NCBI GenBank assembly: GCA_024679065.1
Contig: JAGIQG010000003.1
Span: 48,360,001-48,424,000, forward strand
From: Sphyrna mokarran
Lineage: Eukaryota
DNA length: 64,000 nucleotides
Direction of reading: 5' to 3'
This document shows positions 1-11,290 of the stretch, in pieces. Position 1 is the stretch's first letter; every line of letters starts with the position of its first letter. The translations under genes and the position numbers were made by a program. Below the pieces are notes generated by a model. It saw nothing but the letters and a program-made list of their open reading frames with translations, had not been told where the DNA came from and searched no databases.

Positions 1-56
1 ATGGACAAGTTGGGCTAAAGAGCCTGTTTCCATGCTGTAAACTTGTATGACTCAAT
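1..56 (+). mobile_element. 3' tail of a CR1/HER1-type LINE (truncated by window edge)
   Basis: ATGGACAAGTTGGGCTAAAGAGCCTGTTTCCATGCTGTAAAC matches the CR1 tails at 51325-51475 (+) and 51626 (-). Confidence 0.85.
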
Positions 57-99
57 AGCTAACAGTTCAGTGTCACTACATATGCACAGAGGCCTGGAG

Positions 100-278
100 C
101 TGTCAGACTCCAATGTGAATATGACTTACCCCCTGAACTTCTAATGATATTCATGACTGTGACCTCTGCAGTTCTGAGTGGGGAGATTCCAGTCTGAACT
201 CCCAGTCAGAAAACAATCGTGATTTACACCATTTTCCTGCGAATTCAGCACTCAAACTTTATTTGGGATAATCGTCCC
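100..278 (-). mobile_element. End of a Harbinger-type non-autonomous element
   Basis: Reverse complement GGGACGATTATCCCAAATAAAGTTTGAGTGCTGAATTC resembles the left end of the element at 30575 once its nested MITE is removed. Confidence 0.55.
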
Positions 279-279
279 T

Positions 280-905
280 TAGATGTCCACATTTCCACCT
301 GCACTCTTCCTCTTGCATGACAAATTCAACTACCCAGGAGATGCCCAGGACCCTCTGGCTGGAGGGCCCCAGGCTGCTCTCTGACCAGTCCTCTTCTTTT
401 TGGCTTCCTGTGGGCCCCAGTGCTCCACCAAAGGAGTGGAGGGACAGTTGGAATGAGATCCAGAAGCTCCACTGTCCATTAGAGCTGACACTCATGGATT
501 CCCACCAGTGCCTGTGCCATGCAGTCAAAGTCCAGCACCAAGGCCTCCACTGCAGACACCAACTTCACAGTGTTGGCTCAGTGTGCTATTGCGGACACCA
601 TCTTCTTAGATAGGAGGTGATGGGACTCCTCCAATCAGACTTGCACTCTGAACAGGGCTGCTGTCACCTCTTCCTGATGCTCCCAATTCTGCCTATGCAG
701 TTCCAGCAGCTGTGGAATGCCCAGGTCTAGGGGCACATCATCGGCAAGGGGCCCAGCAGAATCACAGGTTCCAGCATGTCTCTGGTTCACTGGGACGTCC
801 CTGACTTTGCCTACTGCGTACCTTCAGCTGTGAGTTGCTAACAAGTGAGTGACCCAGAAGACTGCCTATTTATTGAACCCAAGATATGAGTATCTGTGCT
901 GATGT
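280..905 (-). mobile_element. Decayed remnant of the C-terminal part of a Harbinger Myb/SANT accessory gene
   Basis: GC-rich; minus-strand translation gives short Ser/Thr-rich and NTVKLVSAVEALVL-type segments resembling the downstream part of the Myb gene at ~58050-58500; many stops. Confidence 0.45.
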
Positions 906-1039
906 CAAATGTAGGTGACATGTCTGTTAGTTGTTTCAAGTTACATTTGACACTCTGTTTATCTTTGTTATGCCATTTACACATTCTGATTTTTTTATGG
1001 CTGCTATCAATGGCGGCATGGACAAGTTGGGCCGAAGGA

Positions 1040-1190
1040 TTAGCCATGATCACCATTGACATTTCCTTTGTCTTTTTGTCCATTTATCTTTAGCAACTCC
1101 ATCTGCTCCCTTCATCCTAATAATGTGCATTCCAACCTATTTTCTGTTGTCTTCAGCTCTGATGAAGGGTCATCCAGACTTGAAATATGG
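1040..1190 (+). mobile_element. Penelope-like element 3' terminal (pLTR) fragment, preceded by a short CR1 tail at 1012-1039
   Basis: Pyrimidine-rich pLTR-like sequence ending in CTGATGA-AGGGTC-ATCCA-GACTT-GAAA. Confidence 0.65.
1154..1190 (+). ncRNA. Decayed minimal hammerhead ribozyme motif (Penelope-associated)
   Basis: Core CTGATGA at 1159-1165, stem II GGGTC/GACTT, GAAA at 1182-1185; the expected palindromic stem III (AACGTT) reads AATATG, so probably inactive. Confidence 0.6.
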
Positions 1191-1829
1191 GAAATGATTT
1201 TGAACCTGCACTCTCCAAGCGCGGAAAGGGTGGCATGTGTTAGAAATGCACACAGTACGTTTGTGCCGGCAAGTTCCAAGTTCCAATCTTCCCAGCCTCT
1301 CATCGGTGGGGTAGAGTGAAACATGCCATGGGACCACAGAAAGGCCATTTTAATATATTAGTGAGCACTCTCTCCAGGATTTGCCCCCTCACCTGATATT
1401 CAGCAAGTGCTGGCATGACATCATTCTGGTAATAGCTCTACATCAGTGTGAACCTGCCATCTTCACCTCCAAGGGTGATTACAGAGGGGAGCACTCAGAC
1501 AACCTGCACCCATTAAGTATGAACTGCTCAGGGGGCACCAGGCAGGATACAGATAAGTTCAACTCAGGACCAAGGGTGGAGAATCCCTGAATCGTCATTC
1601 CAGGGGTAGAGGTTGGGAAGGATCATTTGTAGACCTTCCCTTCCCTTATATCAAAGCACCCTTTGCTTTAAAGGGGCTGTGAAGATTAGTATGCAGGCAG
1701 CACTTGCCGTATCCTCCATCCTGAGCACTGCCATTCTCACACTCCACAAAGATGAGGTGCCAGGTGAGTGTGATGGTTCTCCCAATGATGGGTCCATGAA
1801 ACATGGATTTTTGACTACTTTCTTGGCTG

Positions 1830-2790
1830 AAGATGTGTTGATTACAGAAAGGGGGGATGTTGTATCTTCTATGATTGCATGGGAAGATATCAGGGTATTC
1901 TGGAGGGATGGAATGCTGATAGGAGGAGGGAAGGGAAGGTGCGTTCAGTAGTGGCATCATGCTGGAATTTGTAGAAATGGTGGAGGATGATATGTTGAAT
2001 GCAGAGGCTGGTGGGGTAAAAATGAGGACAAAAGAAACTCTATTCTGACTCTGGGAGGAGGGGAAGAGGTGAGAACAGTGGCACAGGAGATGGATTGGGC
2101 ATGTTTGAGAGCCCTGTAAATCACAGAGATTGGGAAACCACATTTAAGCAAGAAAGAAGACATAGCAGCTGTGCCATTTTGGAAAGTAGCATCATTAAAA
2201 CAGATGCAACACCTTTGGAGGCAAAGTAACTGAGCAAATGGGATGGAGTCCTTTCAGAATGTGGGGTATGAAGAATTGTAGTGAGGTTGCTGCGGGAGTC
2301 AGTGAGTTTATAATTGATATCAGATGGACAGTTTACTGCCAGAACTGGAGACAGAAAGGTCAAGGAATAGAAGGGAAGTATCAGAAATGAACCATGTGAA
2401 GATGATTGAAGAATGGAAATTGGAAGAAAAATTGATAGATTTTTCCAGATCTAAACCAAAGAATGAAGCAACAGCAAAAAGTGGTTGATGTACTAATAAA
2501 GGAGTTATGGAAGGGGGCCAGAGTAGGACTGGAACAGGAATGTTCTATATACCCCATAAAAAGACAGGCATAACTAGCATACGTGTGTATCCATAGCCAC
2601 ACTTTTAATTTGGAGGAAGTGAAACAAGTTAAAGAAGAAATTGTTGAGTGAGAGAACAAGTTCACCAGATGGAGGAGAGTGGTGGTGGATGGGGATTGTA
2701 CAGACCTCTATTCGAGGAAGAAGCAAAAAGCTCTCAGGTCATCCTGTTGAGAAATGGAGCAAAGATGGATTGGACATTTTACTGCTTGGA
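1830..2790 (-). mobile_element. Penelope-like retroelement, decayed RT and linker region
   Basis: Minus-strand fragments SYACLFMGYIEHS, QDDLRAFCFFLE and NRVSFVLIF resemble Penelope RT motifs (GPSYACLFVGYVE, DGLRALRFFLE, RVPLVLTYHP); frameshifted. Confidence 0.85.
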
Positions 2791-2954
2791 GCCTCTTTCT
2801 TTGCTCCTCTCTGCAATGGTTCCTACCAGTGGTTTCCTCTTCCCAGTAGTTTGTTCCCCTGTTCTCTCTTTCTGGTGTCTCCCGTCCCCTCTCCCTGTTC
2901 CTTGTCCCAAAACTATATTCCAATATAATGGCCCCATGCCTAGGCGACAGTCAG

Positions 2955-3045
2955 TGTAAAAGCACATATGTCAACTGCAAAGCACTTTGGAATAACCTCA
3001 AGATGTAAAAGAGACTGTACAAATTTCAAATCTATTTTTCTTTCT
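2955..3045 (+). mobile_element. Short L2/Deu-SINE-type 3' tail fragment
   Basis: CTGCAAAGCACTTTGG...GTAAAAGAGACTGTACAAATTTCAAATC resembles the tail of the SINE at 5105 and the fragment at 46990-47055. Confidence 0.45.
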
Positions 3046-3096
3046 GTAATCAAAATCCACAAGTACATTTGGACCTAAAACAGTTGTTATTTTAAT

Positions 3097-3255
3097 AAAA
3101 TAAAAACAGGAAATGCTGGAAAAGCTCTTCAGTTCTGGCAGCATCGTAGAGCGAGAAACATGCTTCCCTCTCCACAGATGCTGCCAGATCTGCTGACTTT
3201 CCAGTATATTTTCTTTTTTGTATTTCAGATTTCTAGCATTTGGAATATTGTGCTT
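3097..3255. mobile_element. Inverted pair of Penelope 3' ends (hairpin with one-sided tail)
   Basis: TCTGGCAGCATC (3134-3145) / GATGCTGCCAGA (3177-3188) perfect IR within ~60-bp arms; extra ~30-nt tail on the right arm only. Confidence 0.8.
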
Positions 3256-3627
3256 GTATGTTGGTTTTCTGGCGTCTATCAGAAACCTAATTCAAAACAC
3301 AACAGAGCAGGAATCGCAAGATGCAGTAATGATGTGGGTGCAATGGACTCCAGCCAAGCTGCTGAAGTAGAAGTTTTAAAAAGAAAGATTATTTTCATAA
3401 TATATACACAGATTGAATTCTAGTGACAAAAGTCATTGCTCTATATACTGATTAATATCCTGGCATGTTTTAAATGAAGGGAAAGAGAGTAGATTAACAA
3501 ACACAGAGGTATTTTAATTAGCAAAAAACCCTTTCTGAGATAACATCATTCTCAGAAACATTTTTTTAAATTAGCTGCTCTAATTCAGGAAAATTGTTTT
3601 TTTTACTGTGTATTCTGTTGGGTCAAG

Positions 3628-3657
3628 TTGAATTGAATTGAATTGAATTGAATTGAA
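3628..3657 (+). repeat. (TTGAA)6 microsatellite
   Basis: Six perfect TTGAA units. Confidence 0.95.
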
Positions 3658-3913
3658 TGGGCTAAATAATCATTATATTATCTGATGTAATCAGAAGCCT
3701 ATCTGAATGTGAGAACTGGATCATGTGACTATCAGTCACTTTCATTGAATTACTGGACCACACTTGTGTCCTATTGCCTTATAGCATTTTGACATAATTA
3801 AAATAAAGAGACTTTCTGAGCAAGGAATCGAAGAGATTTTGTCTTCAGCAAGTTCATATCAACATTGATGAAAGAAACAACTTTTCATATTGATGGCCAA
3901 TATTTCTTTAAGG

Positions 3914-4350
3914 CAGTGGTTCCCAACCTTTTATATGTCTTGGTACACCTTACTCTGTCTTCTTTCCTTACTGGGAATGTTCTTCTTAAATTTCTCACTA
4001 TCCTCTCTCCTTTTTTTCTAACCTTTCTGTCTCTTTTGTTTCTCCTAGGGTTTTTGCATTCTTTTTGAGTTTTTGCATTTTTTGCACGTACATTAGACCT
4101 TTGTCTTCCACTCCAAGTCCTGGGTCTGACTAACATAAAAAGTCTAAAGCATGCATGTGTGGCTCTCTCCCAGCTGACGCGTGCACTGAAGGCTCAAGGT
4201 TCATCGGGTCTAGGAGATGCGGACCACAGAGCTGAAGTTGTTTTAGTTTAATTATGAATTCTGAATCATTTTGAAAATAATTCCATGACATATTTGGAGG
4301 AGTCTTCGCAACACATCAGTGTGCCACTGCACAATGGTTGGGAACCACCA
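3914..4350. mobile_element. Non-autonomous hAT (Charlie-like) DNA transposon / MITE
   Basis: TIRs CAGTGGTTCCCAACC (3914) and GGTTGGGAACCACCA (4336-4350); perfect 8-bp TSD CTTTAAGG at 3906-3913 and 4351-4358. Confidence 0.92.
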
Positions 4351-4529
4351 CTTTAAGGTATTCTGACATCAAGTACAACATAAGTGCAATTAAAAAAACC
4401 ATTGTGAAGCTCCATTCTAAGTGCTATACAATGCTTGAATGGAACCTCAAAAGCAGCTGACAATATCATGTTGCATTTTTGTTGTCCATAATAGTGAAGA
4501 ACAGTTCCCGCTCAAGGGCATCAGGAACT

Positions 4530-4765
4530 GGAAGGCACAAATTTAACATAGTCGATGAAAGGAGTAAAGCGATGTGAGGAAAACAAACATTTCATCCACT
4601 GTAGGGTTGAGGCCAGAATTAAACTCTTGAGAGGGTGGTGGAGGTAGGTTCGATGAAGATATTTGAAAGGAAATTGGGTTGTTACCTGAAACATGGGAAC
4701 GTGCAAGATTATAAGGATAAGGCAGGAGAGTCGGAATGTTCTTTCAAAGAACCAGTACAGACTCT
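4530..4765 (+). mobile_element. Old CR1 LINE 3' fragment
   Basis: GAGAGGGTGGTGGAGGTAGGTTCGATG...TTTGAAAGGAAATTGG...AAGGCAGGAGAGT resembles the 3' ends of the CR1 copies at 32750-32880 and 47830-47960. Confidence 0.7.
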
Positions 4766-5104
4766 ACATACACCTACGAACAGTACCATATGACCCTAGA
4801 AAGATCCTGATTCTCGCTCCCCACACCCCCGCCACAATGGCTCACAACATCTGCAGATTGGTGGGGACCTTTGATCTTGCCCCCATTACCCGGGGAAGTG
4901 CTGACTGGCCCTGATGCAAAGGAAGGCACTGGGAAACAGATTTAAAAAAGGATTACAGGCTGACTAAATTTGCATGACCCTGATTCTTTCAAGTATATGG
5001 TAAAACTAATAGCCTTCTTCTCCACTATAAAGATTATGTATTAACAGTCATCCACTGGCTTTTCTCAATGATGTTGCAAGTTTAATGAACATTACTAAAG
5101 AAGA

Positions 5105-5480
5105 AATACTTGAGTTCATATAGTATTTCTCATTACTATAGAAATACTACAACCAATGAACTACTTATGAAGTGTAGCCACTGTTAATATGTAGAAAATC
5201 CAGCAGCCTACATTCATAGGAAGCTCTCAGAAACAAGTGATAATGGCCAATAATCAATTAATTGAGAACTATGTGCTGGCCAGGACAGCAGAGCTATCTC
5301 AATATTCTTACTCGAAATGGTAGTCTGGTATCATTTATATCCACTGAGAGGGAGCACAAGGCTTCATTATAATGTCTCATCCCAAGGCTGGCACCTCTAA
5401 CACTACAGCATTTCTTTCGTACTGCGCTGGAGCCTATCTTATGTGCTCAAGTTTATGAAGTTGAACTTGAACCCACAATA
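5105..5480 (-). mobile_element. Deu-domain SINE (SacSINE1/AmnSINE1-like)
   Basis: TGAAGTGTAGCCACTGTT...GGCCAGGACA...ATGTCTCATCCCAAGGCTGGCACCTCT...CTTGAACCCACAA resembles the reverse complement of the Deu domain, tRNA B-box and L2-type tail as I recall them. Confidence 0.75.
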
Positions 5481-5545
5481 TTGATATGAGTTGGCATTTT
5501 TCCTTATCTCAGTCCTAAACCCCAATTCCTATTCTCCTCCTGCAT

Positions 5546-5846
5546 CCAGTGGTGCACTAAGGAACTTTCATCTGTTTTTATAGCTAATAACTCCTGGAAC
5601 AGGTCATAGTCTGTAGCCAGAAGCTTATCTGTGATGCTGAGGGGCATCACTCCACATCAAGCATGGCTGGCCTGCTCTTACCATCAAACATTGGCATGTT
5701 TAGAAGGATTTGCAGGTTGGCACACTCAATCTTTGTGGCCATGACATGAATGCACCTTCCTTGGCCAGGAAGTCCTGGGGTTGGGCTCAAGCCCGGAGCT
5801 TCCAGCTCAGAGGCAGAGATATTACTCAGTGTGCCACAAGACCTCC
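5546..5846 (-). mobile_element. tRNA-derived SINE, unnamed family (copy 1 of 4)
   Basis: Minus-strand head GGAGGTCTTGTGGCAC...GGGCTTGAGCCC; body GAAGGATTTGCAGGTTGGCACACTCAA shared with copies at 13700, 33470 and 56081. Confidence 0.75.
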
Positions 5847-5849
5847 TTC

Positions 5850-5960
5850 AGACCTAAATGACTGGTCCTTATTTTGAGACTGTGACCCTGAGTCTAGCTT
5901 TCTTGATCAGCGGAAACACTGGTCCAGCAAGTATCTTGTCAAAATGATTCAGAATTTTGG
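5850..5960 (-). mobile_element. Short CR1 fragment
   Basis: CCTTATTTTGAGACTGTGACCC is the reverse complement of the CR1 GHSLKIRG-coding segment. Confidence 0.55.
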
Positions 5961-6344
5961 ATATTATTTGGAGTCCATGGCTACCAGACAGAGAAATCTT
6001 TGGCACTATTAATTCAAGTTAGATTTAACCCCAAGTGAAAGACTTGGGTGAGAAATTAAATTGGCATACATGACATGCATGCAAAGATATGAGATGAATC
6101 ATGTTAGACACCATATTGATGTGAACATTAGTACACTTGAGTGAATGCCCACCATAGATATGCATAGGAAATCATGATATCAATCAGTATATAACACTAC
6201 TTGGTGGTCAATGGGATCATTTTGGAGATCTATGTTGCAATTGATTCCTTCTTTTAACCTGGCACTATTGAACATGTATTCAGCAACAGGAAGGGTTCTC
6301 CCTACCAGTACAACTGAAATGAGCCATCAATACATACACATTCA

Positions 6345-6980
6345 TTGGTGACTGAATCAGCCATATAAATAATGAGACTACAAGAATAGATGACGCTGGC
6401 AATTCTGCAGAGAATAACGTACCTCCTGTCTCCTCAAGCCTACCTACAATCAACAAGGTACAAGGAGTGTGATGAAATACTCTCCATTTGCCTAGTTGAG
6501 TGTAGCTCTAACAACATTCAAGAAGCTTCACACCATCCAGGCTAAAGCAACCGACTTGATTGGCAGACCATCCAGAAACATGCACTCCATCCATCACCAA
6601 CACACACTAGGAACAGTGTTTAACATCTACAAGATGCACTGCAGCAACTTGCCAAGGCTGCTCAAGCAGCACCCTTCAAATCCATGGCTGCTACAATCTA
6701 AAAGGACAAGGGCACAAGATGCGTGGGAACATCCTCACCTGGAAGTTTCCCTACAAGTCACTCACCATCCTGACTTGGAACTATATCACTGTTCCTTTGC
6801 AATCACTGGGTAAAAAGCCTGGATCTTCCTTCCTACCAGCAGTGTGTGTGTACCTATACCTCAGGGACTGCAGCAGTTCAAGAAATGAGCTCACCAAGAC
6901 CTTCTCAAGGACAATTAGCGATGGGCAATGACTGCTGACCTAGCCAGCAAAACCCACATCTCAGGAATGAATTTTTAAAA
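6345..6980 (+). mobile_element. 3' part of a second non-LTR retrotransposon family ('LINE-B', CR1/L2 group)
   Basis: ORF 6496-6813 TTFKKLHTIQAKATDLIG...YKMHCSNLPRLLKQH is an ORF2 C-terminal region; tail AAGGACAATTAGCGATGGGCAA...CTAGCCAGC...GAATGAA; further copies at 51280-52330 and 56325-56710. Confidence 0.8.
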
Positions 6981-6994
6981 GCCCAATCACATTA

Positions 6995-7112
6995 AGTTTA
7001 ATTAAGTTTATTTATCAGTGTCACAAGTGATCTTGCATTAACACTACAATGAAGTTACTGCGAATATTCCCCAGTTGCCACACTTGACGCCTGTTCGGAT
7101 ACATCAGAGAAG
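6995..7112 (-). mobile_element. V-SINE 3' fragment (alternative tail type)
   Basis: AAGTTTATTTATCAGTGTCACAAGT...AATGAAGTTACTG is the reverse complement of the tail of the 7670 copy. Confidence 0.8.
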
Positions 7113-7185
7113 GTGTAGGTGGAAGCTCAAAATGTACTAACATACTGAGATTTGGGACCGCATCAGGGTGCTTGTGCCCTCCTGA

Positions 7186-7322
7186 GGTGGGATTTTCCAG
7201 TCACATACACACCAAGACCAAATATTCCCATCTGAGGTCAATAGATTTTTAAATTGTCCATCAAGTTGTCTGTCCCCAACTGTGAAAATTTCTGCAGTGG
7301 GTGGGACTGGAAAATGTACTCC
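7186..7322. mobile_element. Small Harbinger-type MITE
   Basis: 11-bp IR ATTTTCCAGTC (7192-7202) / GACTGGAAAAT (7305-7315); internal TGAGGTCAA shared, inverted, with the MITE at 28779. Confidence 0.65.
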
Positions 7323-7669
7323 TTGGAGTACATTAGAACTCAGGCATTCATTCAGGTCCATTGAGAAAAGGCCTCCTCAGGAATTTCCATCCACATGTTT
7401 AGATTGCATCCTTTGCTGGAGCTCAATTATTTGAATGAAAATGTTCATCCTGTGTGTCATTTTTATTGAATCTTCGGAAGCTTATACAAGTGCACAGCAG
7501 ATGTGTCAGCAGAAAGGTTGGAGTTCACTTGAAGGCTAACTGAAATGGCCAGCTGTTTAATACGACCTTTTTGATGGATGATATTTGCAAATGTTCTGTT
7601 GGTTTTGTTATTTCAGGTGTATTTAATTTTAAAATGAGTTTGCTATCTCAGAACAGGTGAACATACAAA

Positions 7670-7954
7670 GGGATGGCATAATGGCACAATGGATAGCATT
7701 GCTGCCTCCCAGTGCCAGGGACCTGGGTTCGATTCCTGGCTCAGGTCACTGTCTGTGTGGAGTATGCATGTTCTCTCCGTGTCTGCAAGGGTTTCCTCTG
7801 GGTGCTCTGGTTTCCTCTCATAGTCCAAAAGGCGTACTGGTTAGGAGCACTGACCTGAACAGTTACTGGAGTGTGGCGACTAGGGGAATTTCACAGTAAC
7901 TTCATTGCAATGTAAATGCAAACCTTATTTGTGACTAATAAATAAATAAACTTT
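7670..7954 (+). mobile_element. HE1-like V-SINE with non-HER1 tail
   Basis: tRNA head (TGGCACAATGG; GGTTCGATTCC), V-domain GTGTGGAGTATGCATGTTCTCTCC...GGTTTCCTCTCATAGTCCAAAA, tail TCACAGTAACTTCATTGC...TTGTGACTAATAAATAAA. Confidence 0.92.
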
Positions 7955-10900
7955 AATGATTCAAGGAGTCATGGGATACTGGTTTCCATTTTTGGATTTC
8001 CCCAAATCGTTGATGTTAGCATCATTATTAGGTAAAGGAGCCAAAAAGAATTGATCCCAAAAGAACAAAATTGGGGAGGATAGATAAAAATTAACTAAAA
8101 TTTTCCCCAATTATTGGTACGCAACTTTTCATGCTTAGTCATACAGAGGGAAAAAAAATGAGTCCAGAATATTTACCTGGATTTCTGACCAAGATATGAA
8201 AATAGACAGATAGACAGACCCAAAAAAAATAAAAAAAACATTAGTTACTTTAAATGAGCCCTTAACCATGTTTGGAATTACTTTATATTTTATGCACATA
8301 TACCACACATACAGTAATGATCATCTGGAAGTATAAATTAGTCAGCAATAGCAAGTGAGGAGTTACTGATATGTTACGAAATATTTGTATGTTACTGCTT
8401 GAAGGCACATTTTTAAGAAGAATGCAGAATAATTCACATGCAGCCACAAATAAGCCAATTGTAATGTGTAGCTGACCATTGTGGTTATGGGCTTTGCAAC
8501 AAACAAACTACGCTGTGTAATTCTGTTCCAGAGTCATCTGAAGCAGATTTTGGCAGGAATGGGGAGAAGCCATCCAAAAAGTGCAGATTCAATTTTGCAA
8601 TCACTGGAAATGTCCAATGGATTGCCTTGGAACTTGTTAAAGTTCATTTTTAAAGCTTACCAATTCAAGGAAAGGTCTCTCAGAAATTTCAGTTTTCTAC
8701 TGAACATTTTACTGGTGATGCCGATGATTAGCAGAGCTTTGCACGTATGCACAAATGTGCATTAACAGAGTTACACTGCCCCTGAACCAAAACCATACAT
8801 GAGCCTGAAGTGTAATTAGGTCTGTGAAGTACCTATTTGTGTTATGAAGCCCAATCACCATTCACCAAAGCATAATGAAATACATATTGAAAAATGTCAC
8901 ATTTTACTCATAATTATTGTTCATGTACTCAAATGTTGACAGAGTTTGAAGCTAAAACCAATCAGCAGATAAGCTGTCCAAAGCTCAGAGTGCATAATGG
9001 GCAAAAACTTAGAGTCAATTGATAAATTAAGAGATGTGGAGGAAAAATATTGATTTTGTACAATTAGAATCAGTTGTCATTTCCTTTTTAATCTTCCACA
9101 GGAATATTTTAATGACTGTACACTTTATTGAATTATTTGTTGGAAATTGGATTCTCTGTGCCTTTATTTCTCCTGAGAGTATTTATTTATTTCTGCAGTT
9201 TGAAGAATCATGAGATTGTTATTCTCTAACCCAGTTTGTTCCACTTTCCTCGCTTTCATCCATGTATCAGCTATGGCTGAAGACAAAGTGAGTGATCTAT
9301 CATATTCATTCAGTGCAGCATAATAACTGGGGAACTCAGGCTGTTTGCAGGAAATGAACACCTGCAGCTTTCACAATCTACCCACATTTAAAAAGATGAA
9401 AGCAGGATGACCAAAAATGCACATTTTTAGTTTGCAAATCCCAGACAGCAAAATTATCTAATATAAGTAATTATGTCAGCAACAATGCTGAAACAAAGAA
9501 TGCAACCATTTGATTTGTTCATTTTAAAAATAAATTACTTAAGTATGACTGACTATAGAACATCAAATTAGCCATTAAGTATCTGCATTCAATATTCTTC
9601 TGAAACCAAAACATAAATGAATACCTTTTGTCTGCACAACTCTACCCACACTGAGGAAGACAGACTTATGCACAATGTGTTTTGCAAATCATGAATTCTT
9701 AATTAGGCTACAGCAACCTCTTTCATTTACTATTATAAACTGAAAAAATAAACCCCAAAATTACAATGAAATACTTATGTCAGCAGTTTTCTGTCAAACT
9801 TCCTCAAATTAGTCATTACAATCGTGTTAGCGAACTCACCACAATAGGTCTGCAAACCAATTGACTCAAGTAAACATTCCTAGACACGCACAATCCACTG
9901 TGTGCTGTACGGCTAAAACCGCTGTAAGTATGTTGGACCAACCACAGTCATTTGAGACTGTGTACAAAATTAATTGGCAAGAGTGCCAAGAAAAACATTC
10001 TAATCAGTTGATTTCCTCTCATTAAAAGTTAATTAGTTTGACATAAGCTTCCTGCATAGGAAAGTATTGGGCACTTAGTGGTCATTAGGACAGAGACAAA
10101 TATCATACAGAGTGAGTTCATCCGAAATACAATCATACAAACAGAAAATTCTCCATGGCATAAATAAAACATACGCTTCCATATGCCGGTGACATCTGAT
10201 TGCAGAGAAATCACATGGTTCTGTAAAAAGAACATAGTTGTTTCAATTTCAGATTTGAAGTGTTCTCTCAAGTTTGTTTTTAAATCAAAGCAAAGCATTA
10301 AAGGTTCCAAATGTATACGTTTCCTCATTAATTTGTTGAAATTGGTTCAGGTTTACAAAATTATTGCATTTTAGGCAAAAAGGCAAATTCTTGTAAATCA
10401 TGTCTTACTCAAAAGGAACTGTAATTAACCAAACTTTAACATAGGAATGTTAAATAGGAATGCAAAATGTATAAACTTCAGCTGGTGAAATTTTCAATTT
10501 GAAATTTTTGAGCACATATCCCGAATGTGATCCAAATGGAGTGTTTTCCAGCACATGCCATTTCTTTGTTTATACCTCTCCCCCATCTGTCTCACTTTAT
10601 TGAATTTCCTCTTCTAAATGAATCATGAAGTTTTAACTTGCACACTAATAACAGTGTTTATGAAAGGAAAATGCTGGTTTATTTTTCTTCAATTAAGAGA
10701 AAAATTCTTGACCTTCATCTCCGAAGAGCTGTTAGATTAAGTGTTGTAACTTAAGGAACAGCTTAGCAGAAAGCAAAAAAAGAAACATTAATTAATATAG
10801 GGTGTAAAACAAATAAGAAACAGACACAAAAGTGAACTGCCCAGGAAACGCATGCACTCAAAGTGAAACTTAATACAATGCTAGGAAATAGTTACGAGGA

Positions 10901-11290
10901 ATAGAAAACCTGATTTATTTTGAGCTTTTGCTGTCACCAGATTAAAGGTATGTTTCAAACTTAAAATGAAACATATTAGCTGAAATGTCTTCAAACTAAA
11001 ATTCAAGACAATCATGTTAAGTGACATTTTTTTAAAATCCTTTTCCATTATAAATGTGAAAGAAGAGAACCATTTATTTCTCAAGTTGAAAATTTGGGAA
11101 ACCAACACTATGATATCCACTTCAACAGAAATAATTATCATCTTGTTCTTTATAATTCAGCTTTTCAATTTAGTTCTTCGAAATAATACAAAAAATGCTG
11201 TTTCAAATAAATGGTATGAATAGTTCTTATGGTATGAATTCCCCAGACAATAAGTTCTTAATCTCAGAGCTATCTATCCAGGCAAGAAAT

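Noticed and set aside
1154-1190. Active hammerhead ribozymes at 1154, 38071, 59390 and 63701
   Set aside because: Each has lost core or stem III nucleotides; kept only as fossils
3532-3558. TTTCTGAGA/TCTCAGAAA hairpin followed by a T-run, resembling an intrinsic terminator
   Set aside because: Eukaryotic AT-rich context; a 9-bp stem is plausible by chance
7670-7745. tRNA genes at SINE heads (also 21569, 22230-22307, 38741)
   Set aside because: A/B boxes are present but there is no intact cloverleaf, and each continues into a SINE body
8531-8653. Possible exon after TTCTGTTCCAG (SSEADFGRNGEKPSKKCRFNF...)
   Set aside because: No convincing donor site and no recognisable protein; that frame ends in a stop
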